Shown here: piece by piece, positions 1 through 11,253 of the stretch | Layout of the letters: each line of letters starts with the position of its first letter | Position numbering within the stretch: position 1 is the stretch's first letter | Source: Squalus acanthias | Taxonomy: Eukaryota | NCBI GenBank assembly: GCA_030390025.1 | Contig: JASTWF010000337.1 | Coordinates: 434,001-498,000 of the forward strand | DNA length: 64,000 nt | Reading direction: 5' to 3' | Program-made: the position numbers and the translations under genes | Notes under the pieces: generated by a model | Seen by the model: the letters and a program-made list of their open reading frames with translations, nothing else | What the model was told of the DNA's origin: nothing | Database searches by the model: none

Positions 1-1530
1 CGTGTATTTTGTATAGGTCACCAAATAGTGGGAAGGAGATCGAAGAGCAGATTTGCAGTGAAATTACTGAGAGATGCATGAACTACAGAGAAGTGATAAT
101 GAAATACTTTAACTACCCCAATATTGAATGGGGCAGTGATTGTGTTAAGGGCAGAGAGAGGGGGTGGAATTTCTGAACTTTCTTGATCAGTAAGTTCTCT
201 GCCCAACGAGGAAGGTTGGCATTGCTGGATCTAGTCCTGGGAAATAAAGTGGGTCAAGTGGAGATTGTCACATTGGGGAAGCATCTCGGGAATAGTGATC
301 ATAAGGTTTAGATTAGTTATGGAGAAGGACAAGGAGCAATCTAGAATAGAAATACTGAACTGGAGGAGGGCTAATTTCAGAGAATTGAGGAGAGATTTGT
401 CCCGGGTAAAATGGAGTCAAAGACTGGCAGGCAGAAATGTAATGGAGCAATGGGCGGGCTTTAAAGAGGAGATGGTTCGGGTACAGTCTAGGTACATTCC
501 CACAAGGGGGCAAGGGAGGGAAACCAAAGCCAGAGCTCCCTGGATGACGAAGGAGTTAGAGAGTAGGATGAAGCAGAAAAAGGGGGCATATGATAGATGT
601 CAGCTTGATAATCAGGCTGAATATAAAACGTACAGAGGAGAAGTGAAAAAGGAAATAAGAGGCATAAAGAGATAGTATGAGAAGCGACTGGCGGCTAACA
701 TAAAAGGAAATCCAAAGGTCTTCTATAGGCATATTAACAGTAAAAGGGTTGTCAATAGGTATGAGTGGCAAGTTGGCTAAGGTAGATTGGGAAATAAGAT
801 TAAAAGGTATGACAGTAGATAAGTAGTGACAAACATTTAAAGAAATATTCCAAAATTCTCAATGACTATACACTCCATTGAGAAATAAAAACTCCATGGG
901 AAAAGTGATCCATCCATGGCTAACTAAAGAAGTTAATGATAGTATTAAATTAAAAGAAGAGGCTCAAGTACTAGGTCCCTTGCTTTTTGTGGTATACATC
1001 AATGAGTTAGACATCAATGTAGGGGGCATGATCAAGAAGTTTGCAGATGATACAAAAATTGGCCGTGTGGTTGATAGTGAGGAAGAAAACTGTAGACTAC
1101 AATTGTACAGGGCTTTGGTGAGACCACACCTGGAGTACTGTGCACAGTTCTGGTCTCCTTATCTAAGGAAGGGCATACTTGCCTTAGAGCCACTAGATTG
1201 ATCCCTGGGATGAGAGGGTTGTTGTATGAGGAGAGATTGAGCCTATACTCTCTGGAGTTTAGAAGAATGAGAGGTGATCTCATTGAAACATATAAGATTC
1301 TGAAGGGGATTGACAGGGTAGATACTGAGAGGTTGTTTCCCCTGGCTGGAGACTCTAGAACTAGGGGGCATAGTCTCAGGATAAGGGGTCGGACATGTAA
1401 AACTGAGATGAGGAGGAATTTCTTCACTCAGAGGGTTGTGAATCTTTGGAATTCTCTGCCCCGGAGGGCTGTGGATGCCAGAGTACAAAAGCCAGGAGGC
1501 TATGCTAAACCTATATAAAACACTAGTTCT
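1..1530 (+). mobile_element. Mosaic of CR1 LINE ORF2 fragments (endonuclease, RT and C-terminal pieces)
   Basis: Translations include FADDTK, LYRALVRPHLEYCAQFWSPY and RGDLIETYKILKG; abrupt joins between non-contiguous ORF2 parts. Confidence 0.85.
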
Positions 1531-2097
1531 ATGATTCTATGGTTGGCTGATTATTGAACAATCTCCGGCTTTTATTTCAAGCAGGTGGCAGGGTCCCTGC
1601 TGCGACTGCAGTGTGTTGTCTTTTCCTTCCTTCTTATTCCAGATTCTATTAAAATTCGTCTTTGTCTGTCACTATTCAGTTCTGACGAAGGGCTTTGTCT
1701 GAAATAATAACCTTTCTTTTCCTGCCTCCACTTGCTGATTGACCTGTTTGCAGCATTTTGGTCTGATTGTTCTACACACTTTCAATACAGTCACAATCCT
1801 GGACGCCAACCTCCTTTAATCCCACGGATGCCCAGCCCAAAACCTGTCCCCCCTGCCCAGAAAACCCCACTACCTCCTAGACCCTTGCCCCGCCCAGCAA
1901 ACCCCGTCCAGACCCTGCGCCCCTGCCCAGAAACCCCCCTCTCCATGAACCTTTCCCCGCCCAGAAAACCCCATCCAGAACCCGCCCCCCTGCCAGACCC
2001 CTCCCTGCCCAGGAACACCCCCAGTACTCACACTGATCACCTCCCCCTCCCGCCGCTGTACTCACTCTGCACCCTCCGCCACCACCCCAGTACTCAC

Positions 2098-2146
2098 TCT
2101 GTACAGAAGTTCCTCAGGAGTCAGCACCTTCCCGTCTTCATCCAAC
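2098..2146 (-). CDS. SGSM3: SGSM3 coding exon (RUN domain): (R)LDEDGKVLTPEELLYR
   Basis: Minus strand tttttacag|G TTG GAT GAA GAC...TAC AGA|gtgagt; 49 nt; completes the split Arg codon of exon 16365-16435; matches recalled vertebrate SGSM3 sequence. Confidence 0.93.
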
Positions 2147-2258
2147 CTGTAAAAAGGAACCTTCATTAACCGATGGATTCCGAGCATTCAATTACGGGAA
2201 ATAACCACCAACTGCACAGTACCTGCTGGGATTCACCAGCTTGTACAGCACCTGGTAC

Positions 2259-2392
2259 CTCTACATTGCCCCATCAAACACTCCCAGGGCAGGTACAGCA
2301 TGGGTTAGATACAGAGTAAAGCTCCCTCTACACTGTCCCAACAAAGACTGCCAGGGCAGGTACAGCACGGGTTAGATACAGAGTAAAGCGCC
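2259..2392. repeat. ~62-bp minisatellite, left part (split by the LTR element)
   Basis: Unit ~gctccctctacactgtcccatcaaacactcccagggcaggtacagcacgggttagatacagagtaaa, about 2 copies; array resumes at 16117. Confidence 0.9.
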
Positions 2393-2933
2393 CGTTAAAA
2401 TAGTGACCATTTCTAGTTGACCATCTTCCCATCAGACCCTGCCTGTGTACAGCAAGTTAAAATGTCCTTGTGACGTGCTGGCTCTTGACGTTCGAGCTGA
2501 GCTTACAGATAACAGGTTTTCTTTGGGAACCGACTGAGCTTGTAGCTGCAAGAACCAGACACTTACAGATAATAGATGGATAACAACAAGATACGGTCAG
2601 GGACAAGGCCAGTATGTTTGTAATTAGAGACCGACTTATTGGGTATAATTATAGGACGAGTGGTCAGTGGTTGTTCGAGCTCTCAAGACAATCGGAAGTA
2701 GCGCAGCCTAGTGACGGAGGTCGAGCTAATCACCTTGAAGTCCGCGGGGAAACCAGGTTGTATTAATTGCATGTCATTTAATGTAATACTGTAGAACAGT
2801 TGTATAAGAACAATAATGTTATTAGTCAATATATATGAAAGCTTGTTGTTTAAAACCATTCGGGCCAGAGTTTTTGTTGCAGGTCTAACAACCCTTTATT
2901 GCTACAGTAACCACGGAAAGAAATCCACTAACA
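2393..2933 (+). repeat. 5' LTR (541 bp)
   Basis: Direct repeat of 15578-16116; about 8 substitutions and 2 single-base indels by eye; ends CTAACA. Confidence 0.93.
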
Positions 2934-2934
2934 C

Positions 2935-2952
2935 TGGCGGCCCTTGGTGGAC
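2935..2952 (+). promoter_or_regulatory. Primer-binding site, tRNA-Asn-like
   Basis: TGGCGGCCCTTGGTGGAC, 1 nt after the LTR; 15/18 match to TGGCGTCCCTGGGTGGGC, the recalled complement of the vertebrate tRNA-Asn 3' end. Confidence 0.7.
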
Positions 2953-3559
2953 TGGAGTTAAAGGTTTAAAAATAGGCGAACATAAAGGGAAAAGAGGACC
3001 AATTGGTTGTGACCGAGTTATTGAAAGGTAGCCAACCCCTCGAGCATAAACACGTGGAAGGATCGGTAGGGTCGTGCACACCCTTGGTAGGGGAAGCAGA
3101 AAACCTAGGCAGTCTGAGTGAAAGTGAGTGTGAATGAGTGAAAGTTTACTGACCTATGAATGTTTAACAGAGCTAAAAGCAGTTCAACTCTCTGTAGTCT
3201 TGTCTTTGATTAAAATGCCTAAAATACTTTCAACATTAATGTCTTTTCTACAAGTATATGCTGTTTTAAACTTGCTAATTGTTTTCTCTATGTATGTATA
3301 CACACGTGGATTATTTTTGAGATGCTTTGAATCATGTTTTTGGTCTTGAACTGATTTAAAGGGTGTGAATGTTCCTTGGGATCGTGACCAGGGAATACAA
3401 TGTAAACATTTGGCACTTTGAGTTCCTAACCCATTACACGGATCAGTATTTCCAAGGAGCATGATAGTGTGAATATCGTTGAGTATGTTCATTTCAATTT
3501 AAGATTGTGTGCCTGAACTGGGGAAAACTTTGTGATTTACATTTTAAGTTAAAGGTACT

Positions 3560-5810
3560 GGTTGGAGCTGCACTCCAGGCAAGTGGAGAGTGTTCCATCA
3601 CACTCCTGACTTGTGCCTTATAGATGGTGGAAAGGCTTTGGGAGTCAGGAGGTGAGACATTCGCTGCAGAACACCCTGCTCTTGTTGCCACAGTATTTAT
3701 GTGGCTGGTCCAGTTAAGTTTCTGGTCAATGGTGACCCCCAGGATGTTGATGGTGGGGGATTCGGCGATGGTAATGCTGTTGAATGTCAAGGGACGGTAG
3801 TTAGACTCTCGCTTGTTGGAGATAGTCATTGCCTGGCACTTGTGTAGTGCGAATGTTACTTGCCACTTATCAGCCCAAGCCTGAATGTCGTTCAGGTCGT
3901 GCTGCATGCGGGCATGGACTGCTTCATTATCTGAGGAGTTGTGAATGGAACTGAACACTGTGCAATCATCAGCGAACATCCCCACTTCTGACCTTATGAT
4001 GGAGGGAAGGTCATTGATGAAGCAGCTGAAGATGGTTGGGCCTGGGACACTGCCCTAAGGAACTCCTGCAGTGATGTCCTGGGGCTGAGATGATTGGCCT
4101 CCAACAACCACAACCATCTTCCTTTGTGCTAGGTATGACTCCAGCCAGTGGAGAGTTTTCCCCCTGATTCCCATCGACTTCAATTTTACTGGGGCTCCTT
4201 GATTCCACACTCGGTCAAATGCTGCCTTGTTGTCAAGGGCAGTCATTCTCGCCTCACCTTTGGAATTCAGCTCTTTTGTCCATGTTTGGACCAAGGCTGT
4301 AATGAGGTTGGGAGCTGAGTGGTCTTGGCGGAACCCGAACTGAGCATCGGTGAGCAGGTTATTGGCGAGTAAATGCTGCTTGATGACACTGTCAATGACA
4401 CCTTCCATCACTTTGCTGATGATTGAGGGTAGACTCATGGGGCGGTAGTTGGCTGGGTTGGATTTGTCCTGCCTTTTGTGGACAGGACATACCTGGGAAA
4501 TTTTCCATTTTGTCGGATAGATGCCAGTGTTGTAACTGTACTCGAACAGCTTGGCTAGAGGCACGGCTAGTTCTGTAGCATAAGTCTTCAGCACGACAGC
4601 CGGGATGTGTCGGGGCCCATAGCCTTTGCTGTAGTCAGTGCACTCAGCCGTTTCTTGATATCACGTGGAGTGAATCGAGTTGGCTGAAGACTGGCTTCTG
4701 TGATGGTGAGGTCCTCAGAAGGAGGCCGATATGGATCATCCACTCGGCACTTCTGGCTGAAGATGTTGCAAACGCTTCAGCCTTGTCTTCTGCACTTGCG
4801 TGCTGGGCTCCACCATCATTGAGGATGGGGATGTTCATGGAGCCGCCTCCTCCTCCCGTTAGTTGTTTAATGGTCCACCACCATTCACAACTGGATGTGG
4901 CAGGACTGCAGAGCATTGATCTGATCAGCTGATTGCAGGATCGCTTAGCTTTGTCTGTAGCATGCTGCCTCTGCTGTTTAGCATGCATACAGTCCTGAGT
5001 TGCAGCTTCCCCAGGTTGACACCTCATTTTTAGGGACACCTGGTGCTGCTCCTGGCATGTTCTTCTGCACTCCTCATTGAACCAGGGCTGGTTCCCTGGC
5101 TTGATGATAATGGTAGAGTGAGGGATTTGTGTCAGCCATTGCCAAGTTGGCAGCACCCTTGCCTCTGAATCAGAAGGTTGTGGGTTGAAATCCCACTCCA
5201 GGGACTTGAGCACAATAATCGAGGCCAACATTCCAGTGCCATCTTTCGGTGGGACAGGACATACCCAGGGATGGTGATGGAGGAGTCTGGGACACTGGCT
5301 GAAAGTTATGATTCTGTGAGTATGACTATGTCAGGCTGTTGCTTGACTAGTCTGTGGGACAGCTCTCCAAATTTTGGCACAAGTCCCCAGATGTTAGTGA
5401 GGAGGACTTTGCAGGGTCGACTGGGCTGGGTGTGCCGTTGTCGTGTCCGAATCCGGTGCCGAGATTGAAGCCGGGTGGTCCGTCCGGTTTTATGCTTATT
5501 ATTGTTTTTCATAGTGGTTTTTTACAACTGGGTGGCTCATTAGGCCATTTCAGAGGGCAGTTCAGAGTCAACCACATTGCTGTGGGTCTGGAGTCACACA
5601 GACCAGATAAGGACGGCAGATTTCCTTCCCATTAGTGAACCAGATGGGTTTTTACGACAATCCGATAGTTTCATGGTTACCATTATTGATACTAGCTTTT
5701 TATTCCAGATTTATTTAATTAACTGAATTTAAATTCCCCAGCTGCCGTGGTGGGATTTGAACTCATGTCTCTGGATCATTAGTCCAGGCCTCTGGATTAC
5801 TAGTCCCGTA
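3560..5810 (-). mobile_element. Decayed APE-RT LINE (CR1/Jockey-group-like, distinct from the main CR1 family) with tRNA-like 5' head
   Basis: VLLTNIWGL...PDIVILTES (APE start), DKSNPANYRP, AFDRVW, FADDCT; B-box GTTCAAATC on the minus strand near 5754-5762. Confidence 0.85.
5130..5250 (+). mobile_element. tRNA-derived SINE fragment nested in the LINE
   Basis: gcacccttgcctctgaatcagaaggttgtgggttgaaatcccactccagggacttgagcac; same family as 14372 and 34533. Confidence 0.75.
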
Positions 5811-5814
5811 AACA

Positions 5815-6097
5815 CAGGATTTTTTTTAACTTGTCCCATTGCCATCTCCTTTTGCCTGCACCATCATCCCTTTTGTCTCCCAATCTCTCCTGCCTTCCAT
5901 CCTATCACAGACCATCCCTTTTGTTCTTTCCTCCCCTCCCCCCTTTCCCTGCCCCTACACTTGCTTAAAAACCTGTTCCATCTCCAACTTTTTCCAGTTC
6001 TGACGAAGGGTCATCGACCAGAAACGTCAACTCTGTTTCTCTCTCCACAGATGCTGCCTGACCTGCTGAGTATTTCCACCATTTTCTGTTTTTATTA
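5815..6097 (+). mobile_element. Penelope-like element terminal segment containing a hammerhead motif
   Basis: ctgacgaagggtcatcgaccagaaacgtc followed by cacagatgctgcctgacctgctgagt; related partial copies near 1678-1765 and 27250-27360. Confidence 0.65.
5996..6032 (+). ncRNA. Minimal type I hammerhead ribozyme motif (possibly degenerate)
   Basis: AGTT-CTGACGA-ag-GGTC atc GACC-a-GAAA-c-GTC-AACT: stem I AGTT/AACT, both core boxes, stem II, GUC triplet. Confidence 0.55.
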
Positions 6098-6839
6098 CAA
6101 GTTACAGTTGCTGGTATAGATCAATTTGAATGTCTCCAAAGCACCTTGTTTTAATTGGATAACAGCTATAAAGATTGCTATCGCTTTATACAGTTTAAAT
6201 TAAAGATGTGTGGTCTTGTTTTAAATCAATTCGAATGTTTACAAAGCACTGTTTTCTTCATTTGGTTACTGGAAGTCTGAGACTTGCTATTGTGATTGAC
6301 TCCGCCCCCACCCAGGTAATCAGTAATCAGAATTTGTAAACTGGGCCGAGAGAAAATGCACCAAGTTAATCTATGATGGAATAAAGGAGAGAGGGAAAGA
6401 TTCTTCCCCTTTTCTACTGTCACAAGCTGCAGGAGATCTTTTGTTTCCACCGTACTGTCTCGAAGAGCCTGTGTGAATGTTTCAGAGCCCACAAGCTGTG
6501 GGAGGTTCCACCATTAACCCTTTTGTGTAGAAATGTTACAAAGATTTTGTTTAGATCTGAATACTAATATTTTCTTCAGTTATATTCAGTTTTTAGTCCT
6601 TTGAAGAAATAACAAATTTATTTTTAATTTTCTGGGTTTTTGTAAGCATGTGCTATTTTGATATTTTTATCTGTTGTGCAGTATGTTTAGTTAATAAAAT
6701 ATTGGCCTGAATTAAATTGGAATTATTGAGGTTAACTAATCTATTAAATTGTGAAAACCAGATTTTCATTATGGCCAGTGAAATTCTGATTACTGTAAAT
6801 TATCTGTGATTCTATGTGGAGGTATCTGATGTGATGAGA

Positions 6840-9779
6840 GGTAGAGGTAAACGAATATGATATGATTGGGATTACAGAAACATGGCTCCAGGGTGACCAA
6901 GGCTGGGAACTCAACATCCAGGGGTATTCAATATTCAGGAAAGATAGGCAAAAAGGAAAAGGAGGTGGGGTAGCATTGCTGGTTAAAGAGGGGATTAACA
7001 CAATTGTAAGGAAGGATATTAGCTCTGATGATGTGGAATCTGTATGGGTAGAACTGAGAAATACCAAGGGGCAGAAAACATTAGTGGGAGTGGTATACAG
7101 ACCCCCAAACAGTAATGCGGAGGTTGGGGATGGCATTAAATGGGAAATTAGAGAAGCGTACAATAATGGTACAGCAGTTATCATGGGTGACTTTAATCTA
7201 CATATAGATTGGGCTAACCAAATTAGTAACAGTACTGTGGAGGAGGAATTCCTGGAGTGTATACGGGACAGTTTCCTGGACCAATATGTCGAGGAACCAA
7301 CTAGAGATCAGGCCATCTTAGACTGGGTATTATGTAATGAGAAAGGATTAATTAGCAATCTTGTTGTGCGAGGCCCCTTGGGTCGAAGCGATCATAATAT
7401 GATAGAATTCTTCATTAAAATGGAGAGTGAAGTAGTTGACTCGGAGACTAGGGTCCTGAATTTAAATAAAGGAAACTACGATGGTATGAGGCGCGAGTTG
7501 GGTAGGATTGATTGGGGAATGTTACTCAAAGGGCTGACGGTGGATAGCAATGGCAAACATTCAATGATCGCATGGATGAACTGCAGAATTTGTTCATCCC
7601 AGTTTGGCATAAAAATAAGACAAAAAAGGTGACTCAACCGTGGCTAACAAGGGAAATTAGGGATAGCATAAGATCCAAGGAGAGGACATATAAATTGGCC
7701 AGAAAAAGCAGTAAACCTGAGGATTGGGAGCAGTTTAGGATTCAGCAAAGGAGGACAAAGGGATTAATTAAGAGGGGGAAAATAGAGTATGAGAGTAAAC
7801 TTGCAGGGAACATAAAAACTGACTGTAAAAGCTTTTGTAGATATGTGAAGAGAAAAAGATTGGTGAAGTCAAACGTAGGTCCCTTGCAGTCAGAATCAGG
7901 GGAATTTATAATGGGGAACAAAGAAATGGCAGGCCAATTAAATACATACTTTGGTTCTGTCTTCACAAAGGAGGACATAAATAACCTCCCAGAGATGTCA
8001 GGGAACATAGGGTCTAATGAGAGGGAGGAACTGAAAGAAATCAGTATTTGTAGGGAAATGGTGTTAGCGAAATTGACGGGATTGAAGGCCGATAAATCCC
8101 CAGGGCCTGATAATCTACATCCTAGGGTACTTAAGGAAGTGGCTCTAGAAATAGTAGATGCATTGCTGGTCATCTACCAAAATTCGATAGATTCTGGAAC
8201 GGTACCCATGGATTGGAGGGTAGCTAATGTTACCCCACTATTCAAAAAAGGTGGTAGAGAGAAAACGGGGAATTATAGACCGATAAGCCTGACATTGGTA
8301 GTGGGGAAAATGCTAGAGTCCATTATAAAAGATGTAATAGCAGAGCACTTGGAAAACAGTGACAGGATCGGACAAAGTCAACATGGATTTACAAAAGGTA
8401 AATCATGCTTGACTAATCTACTGGAATTTTTTGAAGATGTAACTGGTAAAATAGATAAGGGAGAACCAGTGGATGTGGTGTATTTGGACTTTCAGAAGGC
8501 TTTCGATAAGGTCCCACATAAGAGATTAGCGTGTAAAGTTAAGGCACATGGGATTGGGGGCAAGGTATTGACTTGGATAGAGAACTGGTTGGCAGACAGA
8601 AGGCAAAGAGTTGGAATAAACGGGTCTTTTTCCGAGTGGCAGGCAGTGACTAGTGGGGTACCGCAGGGATCGGTCCTAGGACCCCAGCTATTCACAATAT
8701 ATATTAATGATCTAGACGAGGGAACTAGATGTAATATCTCCAAGTTCGCAGACGACACAAAGCTGGGTGGGCGTGTGTGCTGTGAGGAGGATGCCGAAAA
8801 ACTCCAGCATGATTTGGACAGGTTGGGTGATTGGGCAGAATCATGGCAGATGCATTATAATGTGGATAAATGCGAGGTTATCCACTTTGGTGTCAAAAAC
8901 GGGAAGGCAGATTATTATCTGAATAGCAATAGATTGGGAGAAGGGGAAGTGCAACGAGACCTGGGTGTCCTTGTGCACCAGTCGCTGAAGGTAAGCATGC
9001 AGGTGCAGCAGGCGGTTAAGAAGGCAAATGGCATGTTGGCCTTCGTAGCGAGAGGGTTCGAATACAGGAACAAGGATGTCTTGCTGCAGTTGTACAGGGT
9101 ACTGAGTTTAGATGATCAGCCATGATCTCATCGAATGGCGGAGCAGGCTCGAGGGGCCTACTCCTGCTCCTATCTTCTATGTTTCTATGTCTATGTACAG
9201 GGCCTTGGTGAGACCACACCTTGAGTATTGTGTGCAGTTTTGGTCGCCTTATCTGAGGAAGGATGTTCTTGCCATGGAGGGAGTGCAGCGAAGATTCACC
9301 AGGCTGATACCTGGGATGGCAGGAATGACGTATGAGGAGAGATTGGGTCGATTGGGCTTATACTCGCTGGAGTTTAGAAGAATGAGAGGGGATCTCATTG
9401 AAACTTATAAAATTCTAACAGGACTAGACAGACTAGATGCAGGAAGGATGTTCCCGATGGCTGGGGAGTCCAGAACCAGGGGTCACAGTCTAAGGATAAG
9501 GGGTAAGCCATTTCGGACAGAGATGAGGAGGAATTTCTTCACCCAGAGAGTGGTGAACCTGTGGAATTCTCTACCACAGAAGGCAGTGAAGGACAATTCA
9601 ATAAATATATTCAAGAAGGAGTTAGATATATTTCTTAAGGCTAAAGGGATCAAGGGATATGGGGAAAAGGCAGGGACAGGGTAATGAATTTGGATGATCA
9701 GTCATGATCTCATTGAATGGCAGAGCAGGCTCGAGGGGCCGAATGGCCTACTCCTGCTCCTATCTTCTATGTTTCTATG
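6840..9779 (+). mobile_element. 5'-truncated CR1 LINE with near-complete ORF2 (APE + RT) and 3' tail
   Basis: ORFs 6862-7632, 7572-9125, 9112-9684 (ITETW, GDFN, SDHN, YLDFQKAFDKVPH, PQGSVLGP, FADDTK); one frameshift and one 103-bp insertion; tail ttctatgtttctatg; candidate TSD atgaga (6834-6839 / 9777-9782). Confidence 0.95.
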
Positions 9780-11253
9780 AGACGATCACAGTTCAAAAAT
9801 TGCTAGTTTTGAATTTCTTAAATGTTTAATGATTTGAAGTGGATGAGATGTTAATGTTGAGTGTAATTGACGTGGTTTTGTGCCTTTAAGATTTTGGGAC
9901 ATTTGAGGTGATTCTGCTTGTTTCATCACCTTGGTTGTATTGGAATGTGATAGCGGTCAGTAGACTGACAGCACCTTTAGATCATGTGACTGACTGGTCA
10001 GAAAAAAGTACCGGGAAGAACAAGAATGATTAAAGGATCTCCTGCTATCTCTATGACAACAATATGGAAAAATCTTGTGGTTGGACACCAAATGCTTTGA
10101 AAACAATTGGAGTTTAATTTGGAAAAATAAAAAGGCTGTCTTTCCTGATGAAATTTTTTTTGAAAAGCTAATAGTGACGTAACTAATGATTTCTGCTGTT
10201 TTAACGGATTTTCAAATCCTAATGATGGAAAACAAAACGTTCGGTAGGATCTCTGTGCAAGTTTTAAAGGTACAAAGACTTTGGAAAAAAAACAAAATGG
10301 AGTTTGGCTCTTTTTCAGTCGGCAAAGTTTAAAAAAATGTGAAGTAGCGCAAGTCCACGCGTCTGACGATATGTTCTGATAAAACATGCAAAGACGTTAA
10401 CCCTTTCCACCGGCAGCTGTTTTTAATTCACCAAAACGTCTTTTGTGTTGCTGAATGTAAATATATATCCTGGGCATTATTAAATTTAAAGTTTCTTAAT
10501 TTAAGTGGGTACGTCGCCATGGTGATAGAAGGAAATCATGAATTGGCAAATTAACCCGTTGGGCTCTCTTATTTAAGAGCCGCAATGGATTCTCTGGTTT
10601 TTTTCAAAAGAGTTTTCTGGACTCTATGAATGTTGAGGGCGTAGCAAGGGATCCAGCAGTTTTAAGAATTTAACACCTTATCCGCAGACAGCAGCAGATA
10701 TCAAATGTCACAGCGTGGCAACGATCTGGACTAAGACTTTGCCTTTCCAAAGATTCGGCATTAACCCATTCAGGGTCGTTTGTTATGTTCCAAGACAGAG
10801 TGCTTGTGGGTGTTGGTGGGGGCGGGGGGGGAGGGGTGGCGAATGTGGGAGTTACCTCCAAAACTAATTGCAAAGCACTTCTGTCTCCAATGTAAAACCA
10901 CCAAGCCTGGGCATCATTTGTTTCTGAAATTGGAACATAGAAGATAAATTGATCTGAGTTGCTGTTACACTCACGCACTCAAGAAGGGAAATTTTACCTG
11001 AAGTTTAAGGGGACGATCACATATTTTTTTTAAAAGAATGCAATCTAGGTGGTTCCTGCCCAGTGCTGTGTATCAAGAAAAAAGATCCTTTGGAGAAATA
11101 AAATTGAACATTGACAAGTACTGTCAGTCCAACAACACTGCTCTTTGGATTTGCGATAATTGTGAAATGACAAAATGGAGTCAGGCACAATATAGCGGGT
11201 TATTTTGGAAAATAAAAGGCCCAAGAGACGGTTCGGTTAAGTAAAATAAACAA

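Noticed and set aside
3184..3492. 102-aa antisense ORF just after the PBS as gag or a cargo gene
   Set aside because: Wrong strand for gag and no recognisable motif; cannot be supported without a homology search
7572..9125. RT ORF between the LTRs as the LTR element's pol
   Set aside because: It is a non-LTR CR1 APE-RT with its own tail and candidate TSD, and close relatives lie outside the LTRs
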